From assembly GCA_049589355.1 (NCBI GenBank), contig JBAWAP010000323.1, positions 24,539 to 88,538 of the forward strand: DNA of 64,000 bases, in the 5' to 3' direction. Origin of the DNA: Anaerolineae bacterium. GTDB lineage: Bacteria; Chloroflexota; Anaerolineae; VGOG01. The notes under the pieces are model-generated. The model worked only from the letters and a program-made list of their open reading frames with translations. It was not told the origin of the DNA and did not search any database. This document shows, one piece after another, positions 20,241 through 29,772 of the stretch. Each line of letters begins with the position of its first letter. The first letter of the stretch is position 1. Position numbers and translations under genes: made by a program.

Positions 20241-22916
20241 ATGGGATTAGAAAGAGAAGCTGTGCTGAAGCGGATTGTGGAAGGGGGCGGTCCGGAGGGC
20301 CTTGATCTATCGGGCCAGGACCTGGCGGGGATTGACCTCAGCGGGTTTGATCTTCATGGCGTTATCTTGGCCAGGGCCGATCTTCGGAAAGCCGATTTGA
20401 GGGGGGCGAATCTGCGGGGAGCAGACCTCTCTCGGGCTATCTTGCAGGGGGCTGATCTGCGCTGGGCCGACCTTTCCCAGGCTAACCTGTGCTGGGCAGA
20501 TATGGAGAATGCGAACCTGCGAGGAGCGGACCTCGATGGCGCCGATATGGAGGGCACTGAAGTCGCCGGGTATCTTACGGAAAAGGAGTTAGCAAGAGGC
20601 GGTAGAGGAGAGGAGCCCCCTCCCGCTTCTCCCCGGCGGCAGTCGGGAGCATTGACCACGCTGGCTATCCTGATATTTGCTCTGGCTGTGGCAGACCTGC
20701 TTTGTGTTTGGGGATGGCTCTACAAAGCCTCTTACTTCGATGAGTTCGGCCTCCCTTGGAGCCTCGGTCTCAACCTGCTATCCCTGGATTACCTCCTTCG
20801 AGGCGGACAGGTCCTCGGGATTAGCTTGGGATTCCTCCTGACGCTGCTCGTGCTCTTTTTCTACGTACTTTTGATGGTGAGCGTCATCGCGTTCATATTT
20901 TCCGTGTTCGCCTATCTAGGCGACCGTATCCTCCCTCGGGTAGAGGCTTCTTCGATTCGCCGAAGTGTCATGGTAATACTGCTTCTGGCCTGTCTGGTCA
21001 GTTGGGCACTGATCTTGCCCCGCCTCATCCCCCTTGGCGGCTGGCTAATCAAGGAGGGAATCTCAGCGAAGGAAGGCTTTCAGGTTTTTCGAGGGTTCCT
21101 CGTTACCTCCTCTATCGTCAAGAAAACACTCTTTCTCGCTTTCTTAGCGGTCTGTCTGATTCCTTTATGGATTCTCTACCGGCTTTTCTGCCAGGGGCTG
21201 CAGAGGGCAAGGTCCCCGTTTCTGTGGTTGGGGAATGCCTTGACTTTCCTGAAGAGGGCTCGCCTTTTTGACCAATTTCGCCCCTTGACACCCTGGGAAC
21301 GGCGTTTGGGCTTGCTGGCAGTGGCGGTCATTGTCATCGCCATTCCTACCTTTCTGACTCAGGCTGGGAGGCTGCGTGCCCAGGAGGACATGTGCGACGG
21401 AGGCTCGCTTCCCCTGGTCAGCTTCTACGAGAAAGGGTTGTTGGAAACGTCCTCGCTACAGACGGAGGAAACAGAAGGGCAGTTTTGCTTGCGGCTTCTG
21501 CTGTTTAGAGACGGCAATTACTACGTGTTCTATCCATACCAGACCCACGAGGTCGAGGAGAGGTGGCAGCCCAGCTTGTACGAGATCTCCGCTGAGCAGG
21601 TGGATTTCATCAAACTGAAGGAGCGCACGGATTGTTTGACGTGTCGTGATGATGTCTTTCCCGCAGAGGAGCCAACTCTGATCATCTCGGCTGTGCCTAC
21701 CAGTACTGCAACGCCGACCGAGGTGCCGACCGAGACGCCGACCGAGACGCCTACCGCCACGGCCACGCCTGGGACACCCACTGCCACGAGCACGTCAGTG
21801 GCACCCACTGCCACATTCACGCCGGAGGTGCCTACTGCCACAGATACACCCATGCCGCCTACTCCAACAAATACGCCTGTGCCACCTACAGACACGCCGC
21901 AACCGACTCCAACGCCTATCCCACCGACGGCGACGAACACGCCGCCCGTAGGTCCTACGCCACTGGAGCCGGGGTGCAGGGACAAGTATGAGCCTGACGA
22001 CATCGTGGGGCAGCAAAAGCTTATAGCCTTGGGCGAGACTCAGACCCGCAGCTTCTGCCCTGAGAACGATTTCGACCTGGTAGAATTCCCGGTCAAAAAG
22101 GATCGGTGGTACCACGTCTATACCCACGATTTGGCCATGGGCGTGGATACGATGATCTCTGTCGGGTTGGTGCCGAAAATCGCTCGCTATTGTGATCCCT
22201 CCAATTGTGCCAACGACGATATCGCGCCAGGGAACCTGGCCTCGGCCATACTCTTCCAGGCTGACGTTGATGGCACTGCTTTGGTGTCCATTGACAATCG
22301 CTACCAACATGGACCTGACAAGACATACCAGATCACCGTTATGGAAATTGTGCCCACGCCCACGACTACGCCAAGCATTACCCTGACGCCGACCCCGACC
22401 CCGACCCGCACTCCTACACCTACCATCACCGTCACCCCGTCGCTTACTCCGGGCTACGATCTGTATGAACCCAACAACTCCTTCTCGACTGCTTGGCTGA
22501 TAAACTCCAGTGAAAAGTTCTTCGCCTATATAGACCCGGGTTCTGATCTGGACTACTTCCGGTTCAACGTCCAGAACGCCGATTACCAGATCACGGTGTG
22601 GTTGACGATCCCCGATCCTGGGAAAATGCTCTATGGTGTTGACCTCTACGACGCCGATTACAGTCGCATGGGTACGAAGGCGAACCAGGCCGGCGAGAGC
22701 TCTATCAGCTTCACCCACGATCCCGCAGCAACGGGTAGGTACTACGTAAGAGTGTACAGCATCCAAAGTCGCTTCGATCCTAGCAAGGCCTATGAGTTGA
22801 TGGTTGTCTTCGACAAGGCCTCGACGCCTACTCCTCCACCTACCTCGACGCCGACCAGCACTCCTACTCCAACCAACACGGCTATACCCAGCCCGACACC
22901 AACGGTAATAGAGTAG
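20241..22916 (+). CDS. Pentapeptide-repeat membrane protein with PT-rich linkers and two PPC-like beta domains
   Basis: N-terminal ADLRGANLRGADLSRAILQGADLRWADLSQANL repeats and about 8 TM segments. Three Pro/Thr linkers. Domains begin YEPDD and YEPNN. Confidence 0.75.
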   Translation: MGLEREAVLKRIVEGGGPEGLDLSGQDLAGIDLSGFDLHGVILARADLRKADLRGANLRGADLSRAILQGADLRWADLSQANLCWADMENANLRGADLDGADMEGTEVAGYLTEKELARGGRGEEPPPASPRRQSGALTTLAILIFALAVADLLCVWGWLYKASYFDEFGLPWSLGLNLLSLDYLLRGGQVLGISLGFLLTLLVLFFYVLLMVSVIAFIFSVFAYLGDRILPRVEASSIRRSVMVILLLACLVSWALILPRLIPLGGWLIKEGISAKEGFQVFRGFLVTSSIVKKTLFLAFLAVCLIPLWILYRLFCQGLQRARSPFLWLGNALTFLKRARLFDQFRPLTPWERRLGLLAVAVIVIAIPTFLTQAGRLRAQEDMCDGGSLPLVSFYEKGLLETSSLQTEETEGQFCLRLLLFRDGNYYVFYPYQTHEVEERWQPSLYEISAEQVDFIKLKERTDCLTCRDDVFPAEEPTLIISAVPTSTATPTEVPTETPTETPTATATPGTPTATSTSVAPTATFTPEVPTATDTPMPPTPTNTPVPPTDTPQPTPTPIPPTATNTPPVGPTPLEPGCRDKYEPDDIVGQQKLIALGETQTRSFCPENDFDLVEFPVKKDRWYHVYTHDLAMGVDTMISVGLVPKIARYCDPSNCANDDIAPGNLASAILFQADVDGTALVSIDNRYQHGPDKTYQITVMEIVPTPTTTPSITLTPTPTPTRTPTPTITVTPSLTPGYDLYEPNNSFSTAWLINSSEKFFAYIDPGSDLDYFRFNVQNADYQITVWLTIPDPGKMLYGVDLYDADYSRMGTKANQAGESSISFTHDPAATGRYYVRVYSIQSRFDPSKAYELMVVFDKASTPTPPPTSTPTSTPTPTNTAIPSPTPTVIE

Positions 22917-22922
22917 ATTGCC

Positions 22923-24083
22923 TTGCTGAGAGTTTTCGGCTCAAAGGACAGAAAGCAGAGAGGGGGAGCTAAGAAAGTGGGACGCAATTTCTCGAAACTG
23001 GCGCTAGCTTTGGGAATCTTCACGGCTGTCTTTCTCAAGTCAGGGGACCGTGTGGCTACAGACCTGGTGGAGGCAACGGCGGGCAGAGTGTACGCATCGC
23101 TTGATTGTGCCTCTGCGTCGTGGGAGCAGGGTGACGACACGGAGGGTCTCACTATCTACGCCCTGGCGAGCCATCCAGGCAGTCCTAAGGTCTATGCGGG
23201 CGTTTGGGGGGACGGGGTCTATCGCGCGGTCAGCGGTGAGAATTCTTGGTGGCTGACCTCTTTAGGGTCTCCCATCGAGATCGCTTCCCTGGCCATTGAT
23301 CCCATCAGCCCTGCTGTTGTCTACGCGGGAACAAAGGGGGATGGCATCAAAAGGAGTGCCAATGGCGGTGATAGTTGGGGGGCAGTAACGGGCCTGGAGG
23401 GCCAGGATGTCTGGTCCCTGGCGATCACCTCCACAGTCGCTTCCATCTATGCCTACGCCGGTACCGCAGGGGAAATCTACACTAGCACCAACGGGATTAA
23501 CTGGGGCCTTGCTGGAGGCGCTGAGATTGGCACAGAGAAGCTCTACGCCCTCGCCGTTGATCCCGAGGACAGCAGAACCGCTTACGTGGGCACGAAGGGA
23601 AAAGGGGTCTATCGGACGACCGATGGTGGCCTTACCTGGACGCCGAGCGGTCTGTCCCCAATGACCGCTCGGGCACTGGCTATCCACCCCAACGACAGCG
23701 AGACCATCTATGCTGGCACACAGCAATTTGAACAATCTAACCACGGGATTTTCAAGAGCACCGATGGTGGGGCCTCGTGGCCTTTAAGTGGATTAGACAA
23801 ATACGATGTCTTAGCCATTGCCATCAACCCTCGCAACCCCGATTTTGTATATGCAGGAACATCCGGGGATGGTGTCTGGATAAGCTACAATGGGGGCCAC
23901 AGTTGGCACAGAATGCCCGGCCTGACAGGTGGCGCTAGCCGGGTCTACTCGCTGGCCCTTTTTACCCCTCAGGGGGAGGACGATTGCCAGGTTCTCTATG
24001 CTGGGACCACCGATGGCGTGTGGGCTCGTACCGTCATGTCCATTCATGTCCTTTACCTGCCTCTTGTTTATAATAAGAGGTAA
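22923..24083 (+). CDS. BNR/Sortilin-type beta-propeller protein
   Basis: Repeated x-DGG-x-(T/S)W units (TTDGGLTW, STDGGASW, ANGGDSW, YNGGHSW). The TTG start is uncertain. Confidence 0.7.
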   Translation: MLRVFGSKDRKQRGGAKKVGRNFSKLALALGIFTAVFLKSGDRVATDLVEATAGRVYASLDCASASWEQGDDTEGLTIYALASHPGSPKVYAGVWGDGVYRAVSGENSWWLTSLGSPIEIASLAIDPISPAVVYAGTKGDGIKRSANGGDSWGAVTGLEGQDVWSLAITSTVASIYAYAGTAGEIYTSTNGINWGLAGGAEIGTEKLYALAVDPEDSRTAYVGTKGKGVYRTTDGGLTWTPSGLSPMTARALAIHPNDSETIYAGTQQFEQSNHGIFKSTDGGASWPLSGLDKYDVLAIAINPRNPDFVYAGTSGDGVWISYNGGHSWHRMPGLTGGASRVYSLALFTPQGEDDCQVLYAGTTDGVWARTVMSIHVLYLPLVYNKR

Positions 24084-24114
24084 TTTGCGGGGCAATAGAC
24101 TCAACAGGTGGCCG

Positions 24115-24459
24115 ATGCGCATTGCTGTAGTAGGCCCTTGTGCCTCGGGAAAGACAGCTCTGGCCGAGCGCCTTCAGAATCTGGGCTACGAGGCTCACGA
24201 GTGTACCCAAGAGCACTCCTACGTGCCAACGATGTGGCAGAAGATCTCCAAGCCGGATGTCCTGATCTATCTGGACGCCAGCCTCCCAGTTGTTGCCGAG
24301 CGCCGGTCCGCTGACTGGAGCGAGGAGTACCTGGCCAAACTAAACCTTCGCCTTTCCCATGCTCGCCAGCACTGTGACCTTTACATTCAAACCGACGAGT
24401 TGAGCGAAGAGGAGGTTCTGGAGAGAGCCCTCGATTTTCTGGAAGGAGGGGGCAGGTGA
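24115..24459 (+). CDS. Small P-loop NTPase/kinase-like protein
   Basis: Walker A GPCASGKT near the N-terminus. Start set to ATG 24115, because the longer ORF overlaps the preceding gene. Confidence 0.55.
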   Translation: MRIAVVGPCASGKTALAERLQNLGYEAHECTQEHSYVPTMWQKISKPDVLIYLDASLPVVAERRSADWSEEYLAKLNLRLSHARQHCDLYIQTDELSEEEVLERALDFLEGGGR

Positions 24460-24525
24460 GGGTAGGCTCTCCATGGAAGAATTCATCCCCTCCCCCCACG
24501 AGGGGGAAAAGTCAGGTGCAACCAC

Positions 24526-24870
24526 ATGAACATTGAAGATTACCACTTTGGCCGGATCGTAATTGACGGCAGGCTCTACACATCCGATGTCATCGTTTTT
24601 CCCGATCGCGTCAAGGATGGCTGGTGGCGAAACGAGGGCCACGAGCTATGCCCAGCCGACCTGTGGGAGGTCGTCCAAGAGAAGCCGGAAGTGCTGGTGG
24701 TGGGCACTGGCCACTCGGGCTTGATGAGGGTCCTGCCGAAAGCGGAGGAGTATCTGGAGCAACAGGGCATCAAGTTGATGGTCGAGAGGACGGCCGAAGC
24801 TTGCCAAACGTTCAATCGGCTCTGCAGCTCTGGGGAGAAGGTTGTGGCCGTCCTTCATTTGACCTGTTGA
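24526..24870 (+). CDS. Mth938-domain (DUF498) protein
   Basis: 114 aa. YHFGRIVIDGRLYTSDVIV...PEVLVVGTGHSG pattern. Confidence 0.65.
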   Translation: MNIEDYHFGRIVIDGRLYTSDVIVFPDRVKDGWWRNEGHELCPADLWEVVQEKPEVLVVGTGHSGLMRVLPKAEEYLEQQGIKLMVERTAEACQTFNRLCSSGEKVVAVLHLTC

Positions 24871-24881
24871 GGCTGACTATA

Positions 24882-24932
24882 GACCTCCGAGGTTTTGGTA
24901 ACTGAGGTTCGTAAACCTCGGAGGTATTTTTT
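24882..24932 (+). terminator. Rho-independent terminator built from a GACCTCCGAGGT palindrome pair
   Basis: GACCTCCGAGGTTT...AAACCTCGGAGGT followed by ATTTTTT. Confidence 0.7.
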
Positions 24933-24947
24933 GGGGGGATCGGCCAT

Positions 24948-24976
24948 TTGACAGATGAGGGGCAATGGGCTATAAT
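24948..24976 (+). promoter_or_regulatory. sigma70-type promoter (TTGACA-17 nt-TATAAT)
   Basis: Perfect consensus hexamers upstream of secD. Confidence 0.65.
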
Positions 24977-25095
24977 CTACTGCGTTTGTCACTGAAGTCT
25001 GAGAACTTGTCTGAAAAGTAGCGGGCTGGGCTCCCACGCGATCTGCTGGTTTTTCAGACGAGCTCTGAGTCCATGGGAGGGGAGGAAAGTCGCTT

Positions 25096-26595
25096 TTGAG
25101 AGAGAGAAATGTTGGCTTATTGATTGGCATCATAGTTCTGGCCCTGGCGGCTATCTGGGTGGACTTGCCGACCAACCCGGGCCTTCACATTCACCTGGGC
25201 CCCATCAACTTCGATAAGGACATCAGGGTTCACCAGGGGTTGGACCTGCAGGGAGGCTTGCAGGTGCTCCTGGAGGCGGATCTGGCCGAGGGCGAAGCCA
25301 TTGATCCTGGCGCTATGGATGCAGCCAAGGTCATCGTCGGGAACCGCGTTGATGCCCTGGGCGTGGCCGAGCCCCTGGTCCAATCGCAGGGCGAACGGCG
25401 GATCATCGTCGAGCTGCCGGGGGTGAAAGATCCTGAGTTGGCTATTGCCACCATCCGTGAGACAGGTCTCTTGGAGTTTGTTGATGGGGGCAGTACGTTC
25501 TTGCCTCCGGACACGGTGGTCAGAACCACCGTCGGCGGTCTGGAGAGCGCGGAGACAGTGCCCACGGCTGCTCCTACAGAAGTAGTGACCCCAACAGTGG
25601 GGATCACGGGCACGTCCACTGTTGGTCCTACAGGTGAGGTTACCTCCACGGCGGAGGCTACAGTTGCCGTCACTCCTACAGTGCCGGTTCCTACCGGACA
25701 GGTTTACACCACGGTTATGACGGGCAAGGAGTTGGAGACAGCCAACGTTGCCTTGGATCAGTATGGTAAGCCGGAGATTCAGTTCAGCCTGAAGTCTGAA
25801 GGGGCCAGTACTTTCGCTACCTTCACCAGCCGGAACGTGGGGAAGTTTCTGTGCATTGTTCTAGACAAACAAGTCATCTCCTGCCCACGGATTCAAACCG
25901 CTATCACCGAGGGCCAAGCTCGTATTACCGGTGAGTTTACTTTGGAGGAAGCGCGAAGTCTGGCTATCCAGTTGCGTTACGGCGCTTTGCCGGTTCCCCT
26001 GAGAGTGGAGACGACTCGCACCGTCGGCCCTACCCTGGGCCAGGACTCGGTGCGGAAGAGCACCACCGCTGGGGCCATCGGGCTGAGTATCGTCTTCCTC
26101 TTTATGCTCGTCTACTATCGGTTCCCTGGCTTTCTGGCCGACCTGGCCCTGGCCATCTATGCCCTTCTCAACTTTGCGATCTACAAATTTGGCCTGCCGC
26201 CACTCTTTGGTTACGTCACCTTGACCCTGCCCGGTATCGCTGGCTTTTTGCTCTCCACCGGCATGGCTGTAGATGCCAACATCCTCATCTTCGAGCGGAT
26301 GAAAGAGGAGTTGCGGGCCGGACGCAGTCTGGGAGCAGCCATCGAGGCTGGCTTTAGCCGTGCCTGGACCTCCATCCGCGACTCTAATATTTCCACCATC
26401 ATCACTTGTGCTATTCTATTCTACTTTGGCTCCACCTTTGGAGCCAGCATGGTCAAGGGTTTCGCTCTCACCCTGATCATCGGTGTGAGTATCAGTATGT
26501 TCACCGCCGTCACGATCACCCGCACCTTCGTTCGCCTCGCCTTCGATGCGTTCGGCGACACTCTGCGGGATAAAAGATGGCTTTTGGGAGTGTAG
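25096..26595 (+). CDS. secD: Protein translocase subunit SecD
   Basis: Periplasmic P1 domain plus a C-terminal 6-TM bundle (GIAGFLLSTGMAVDANILIFERMKEE). Contains a T/P/V-rich low-complexity insert. The TTG start is uncertain. Confidence 0.9.
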   Translation: MRERNVGLLIGIIVLALAAIWVDLPTNPGLHIHLGPINFDKDIRVHQGLDLQGGLQVLLEADLAEGEAIDPGAMDAAKVIVGNRVDALGVAEPLVQSQGERRIIVELPGVKDPELAIATIRETGLLEFVDGGSTFLPPDTVVRTTVGGLESAETVPTAAPTEVVTPTVGITGTSTVGPTGEVTSTAEATVAVTPTVPVPTGQVYTTVMTGKELETANVALDQYGKPEIQFSLKSEGASTFATFTSRNVGKFLCIVLDKQVISCPRIQTAITEGQARITGEFTLEEARSLAIQLRYGALPVPLRVETTRTVGPTLGQDSVRKSTTAGAIGLSIVFLFMLVYYRFPGFLADLALAIYALLNFAIYKFGLPPLFGYVTLTLPGIAGFLLSTGMAVDANILIFERMKEELRAGRSLGAAIEAGFSRAWTSIRDSNISTIITCAILFYFGSTFGASMVKGFALTLIIGVSISMFTAVTITRTFVRLAFDAFGDTLRDKRWLLGV

Positions 26596-26604
26596 GAGAC
26601 AACC

Positions 26605-27555
26605 ATGTTTAACATTATCGGCAAACGCTACTGGTATTTTCTGATTTCAGCCCTGCTTATCGTTCCAGGTCTGATAGCAATGACCTACTCCACCATCACC
26701 TATGGCACACCGGTGAGGCTGAGCATTGATTTCACCGGCGGCAGCCTGATGGTGATCAAATTTCAGCAGCCCGCTACAGAGGGTGCTATCCGCGACGTCT
26801 TCATGAGCTATGGCTTCACTAACCCTGTAATACAGCATTTGGGTAAGCCAGAAGACAACACCTGGCAGGTGCGTGTAGGGTTCACTGATCTGGAGACGGT
26901 GGACAAGATCAAAGCATCGTTGGCGGACCAGATTGGTCCTATTGATGAGGCCAGCTCTAGCTTCAGCACTATCGGCCCGGCCGTGGGGCACGAGGTGACC
27001 CGGTCTGCTGCCGTGGCGGTGGTCATCGCTTCGTTGCTGGTAGGAGCGTTCATCATCATCACCTTCCGCCGCGTCCCCAACGCCTTCCGCTACGGCGTCA
27101 GCGCTATCTCGGCCATGGTCCACGATATCCTGGTTGCCTTGGGGTTCGTCTCCATTATGGGGCTTCTCTTCAACTGGGAAGTGGATGCCCTCTTTCTGAC
27201 GGCCATCCTGACCGTCATTGGCTTTTCGGTGCAGGATAAAATTGTGGTCTTTGATCGCATCCGTGAGAACACGCCCAAGCGACGGGGTGAGCCTTACGAG
27301 ACCATCGTCAACCGCAGCATCCTGGAGGTCATTCACCGCTCCCTGACCACTCAGCTCAACGCCATGTTCGTGATGATTGCCATCTTGCTCTTCGGTGGAG
27401 CCAGCATTAAGCAGTTCATCGCCGTGATGTTGGTCGGGATGGTCACCGCCACCTACTCATCAATTTTCATCGCCGTACCGCTGTTAGTCGTTTGGGAAAA
27501 GGGCGAGGCGGGTCAATTCTTCCGCAACCTGCGAAGGCGAGAGGCAGCGGCCTAG
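26605..27555 (+). CDS. secF: Protein translocase subunit SecF
   Basis: IDFTGG motif and a C-terminal 6-TM bundle. Directly follows secD. Confidence 0.9.
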   Translation: MFNIIGKRYWYFLISALLIVPGLIAMTYSTITYGTPVRLSIDFTGGSLMVIKFQQPATEGAIRDVFMSYGFTNPVIQHLGKPEDNTWQVRVGFTDLETVDKIKASLADQIGPIDEASSSFSTIGPAVGHEVTRSAAVAVVIASLLVGAFIIITFRRVPNAFRYGVSAISAMVHDILVALGFVSIMGLLFNWEVDALFLTAILTVIGFSVQDKIVVFDRIRENTPKRRGEPYETIVNRSILEVIHRSLTTQLNAMFVMIAILLFGGASIKQFIAVMLVGMVTATYSSIFIAVPLLVVWEKGEAGQFFRNLRRREAAA

Positions 27556-27625
27556 GGAATCAGTTTGTGGCTCATCGGTTGTCATGCAGATGTAGGCTGG
27601 TTCCAATGCAAGCAGAGGGTGAAAA

Positions 27626-29545
27626 ATGAAGAGGACGAACCTTCGGAGGGTTGCTCTGGCTGCCCTGAGCCTTTGGCTCATGCTGGCAGCCATTTCTCTT
27701 TCTGGGTTACCCGTTTTGCCGGCGGGTGCCCAGGACGGTGTGACGCTGGAACTGGTGGCCCAACTCAGGGGGACAACTTATGCCGTCCACGTGATTGGCA
27801 ACTATGCCTACATCGGCGAGGGGCCAAGGCTGGTCGTCCTGGACATCTCCGACCCGGCCAACCCCACGGAGGTGGGCCGCACCGACGTGCTACACGGCGT
27901 TGTGTGGGGTGTTCACGTGGTGGGGGATTACGCCTACGTTGCCGCTGGGCCTGATGGCCTGCGGGTCATCTCGGTCGCTGACAAGGCCAACCCTATTGAG
28001 GTTGGCTTTCTCGACACCCCTGGCTGGGCCTATGGCGTTCACGTCGTGGGGGACTACGCCTACGTTGCCGATGAAGAAGGTGGCCTGCGGGTCATCTCGG
28101 TTGCCGACAAGGCCAGTCCCACCGAGGCTGGCTTCTTCAATACGCCCGGTGTAGCGTACGGCGTTCAGGTAGTGGGGGATTACGCCTACGTCGCCGATTA
28201 TGGCGCTGGTCTGCGGGTCATCACCGTTGCGGACAAGGCCGACCCAACCGAGGTAGGTTTCTTCGACACCGATAGCCTGGCATGGGGCGTTCGCGTCGTG
28301 GAGGACTATGCCTACGTCACCGATTATCTGGAGGGCCTTCGAATCATCTCGGTTGCCGACAAGGCGAATCCCACTGAGGTCAGCTTCTTTGACACATCTG
28401 GCTATGCTTATGGCGTTCACGTGATGGGCGACTATGCCTACGTAGCCAACGCCGCTGGCCTATGGGTCATCTCGGTTGCGGACAAGGCGAACCCCACCGA
28501 GGTCAGCTTCTTCGACACGCCAGGCTCGGCGTATGGCGTTCATGTTGTGGGGGACTACGCCTACGTCGCCGATAGGTGGGAGGGTCTGCGGGTCATCTCT
28601 GTAGCTGACAAGGCGAACCCCACCGAGGTGGGCTACTTCGACACGGCTGGCCAGGCAGAGGGCGTTAACGTCGTGGGGGACTACGCCTACATCGCCGGTT
28701 GGAGAGCTGGCCTGCGGGTCATCTCGATTGCGGACAAGGCGCACCCCACCGAGGTTGGCTACTTCGACACGCCTGGCTCGGCAGAGGGCGTTCACGTGGT
28801 GGGGGACTACGCCTACGTCGCCGATTGGGATCAGGGACTTCGGGTCATCTCGGTTGCGGATGAGGCTCACCCCACCGAGGTTGGCTTCTTCGATACGCCC
28901 GGCACGGCAAGGGGAGTTCACGCCGTGGGGGACTACGCCTACGTCGCCGATGGCGGCGAGGGCCTACGAGTCATCTCGGTGGCTGACAAGGCCAACCCCG
29001 CCGAGGTTGGCTACTTCGATACGTCCGGCACGGCATACGGCGTTCACGTCGTCGGTGACTACGCCTACGTCGCCGATGAGAGAGGGGGCCTTCGGATCAT
29101 CTCGGTGGTGGATAGGGCCAACCCGGCCGAGGTTGGCTTCTTCGACAGGGCAGGCGCTGCAGATGGCGTTCACGTGGTGGGGAATTACGCCTACGTCGCT
29201 GATTCCGATGAGGGCCTTCGAGTCATCTCCGTTGCCGACAAGGCAAATCCCACTGAGGTCGGCTTCTTCGACACGTCTGGCTATGCTTATGCCGTTCACG
29301 TCGTGGGGAACTACGCCTACGTCGCCGATCATAGGGAGGGCCTTCTGGTCATCTCCGTTGCTGACAAGGCTAACCCCACCGAGGTGGGCTCCTTCGACAC
29401 GCCTGGCAGGGCGGTGGGCGTTCAGGTGGCAGGGGACTACGCCTACGTCGCCGATTTGGATGGTGGGCTGGTCATCCTGCGCATCATCAGGGAGCTGCCT
29501 TACACGATCTGCCTGCCCCTTGTCCTCAAAAACTACGGCCCGTAA
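27626..29545 (+). CDS. Secreted LVIVD-repeat beta-propeller protein
   Basis: Signal peptide followed by about 14 tandem 42-aa units GDYAYVAD-x3-GLRVISVADKANPTEVGFFDTPG (126-bp DNA period). Confidence 0.85.
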   Translation: MKRTNLRRVALAALSLWLMLAAISLSGLPVLPAGAQDGVTLELVAQLRGTTYAVHVIGNYAYIGEGPRLVVLDISDPANPTEVGRTDVLHGVVWGVHVVGDYAYVAAGPDGLRVISVADKANPIEVGFLDTPGWAYGVHVVGDYAYVADEEGGLRVISVADKASPTEAGFFNTPGVAYGVQVVGDYAYVADYGAGLRVITVADKADPTEVGFFDTDSLAWGVRVVEDYAYVTDYLEGLRIISVADKANPTEVSFFDTSGYAYGVHVMGDYAYVANAAGLWVISVADKANPTEVSFFDTPGSAYGVHVVGDYAYVADRWEGLRVISVADKANPTEVGYFDTAGQAEGVNVVGDYAYIAGWRAGLRVISIADKAHPTEVGYFDTPGSAEGVHVVGDYAYVADWDQGLRVISVADEAHPTEVGFFDTPGTARGVHAVGDYAYVADGGEGLRVISVADKANPAEVGYFDTSGTAYGVHVVGDYAYVADERGGLRIISVVDRANPAEVGFFDRAGAADGVHVVGNYAYVADSDEGLRVISVADKANPTEVGFFDTSGYAYAVHVVGNYAYVADHREGLLVISVADKANPTEVGSFDTPGRAVGVQVAGDYAYVADLDGGLVILRIIRELPYTICLPLVLKNYGP

Positions 29546-29616
29546 GCCTGTGAATAGAGTTCGCAGGCTGGGAGCCAAAGCACGCCGAGGCGTGTTCTCC
29601 TATATGGGCCTACACG

Positions 29617-29647
29617 CGGGGTTGAGAAGAGTCTCAGCCCCGTTTTT
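29617..29647 (+). terminator. Rho-independent terminator
   Basis: CGGGGTTGAGA...TCTCAGCCCCG followed by TTTTT. Confidence 0.6.
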
Positions 29648-29651
29648 CGTT

Positions 29652-29680
29652 TTGACGCCCAAGACTTTATGTGCTATGAT
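29652..29680 (+). promoter_or_regulatory. sigma70-type promoter (TTGACG-17 nt-TATGAT) for thiI
   Basis: Read directly. Followed by a structured ~90-nt leader. Confidence 0.5.
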
Positions 29681-29772
29681 AGAAGGGAGGGTATGGCCGG
29701 AGTGCAGGCGCAAGCCTGCGGGGGCGGACTTGCGTCCGCACTCCAGGGAGTTTTTCCGTCTGAGGATAGAGC

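Noticed and set aside
21690-22905. Pro/Thr-rich low-complexity DNA blocks (about 21690-21960, 22330-22440 and 22810-22905).
   Set aside because: They are in-frame inter-domain linkers of the pentapeptide/PPC protein, not independent repeats or regulatory elements.
27900-29480. A regular ~126-bp periodic repeat that could be mistaken for a CRISPR-like array or satellite, plus the 388-aa alternate-frame ORF at 28728-29894.
   Set aside because: The period equals one 42-aa LVIVD unit of a single long ORF with a signal peptide. There is no repeat/spacer alternation, and the alternate-frame ORF is a by-product of the repeats.
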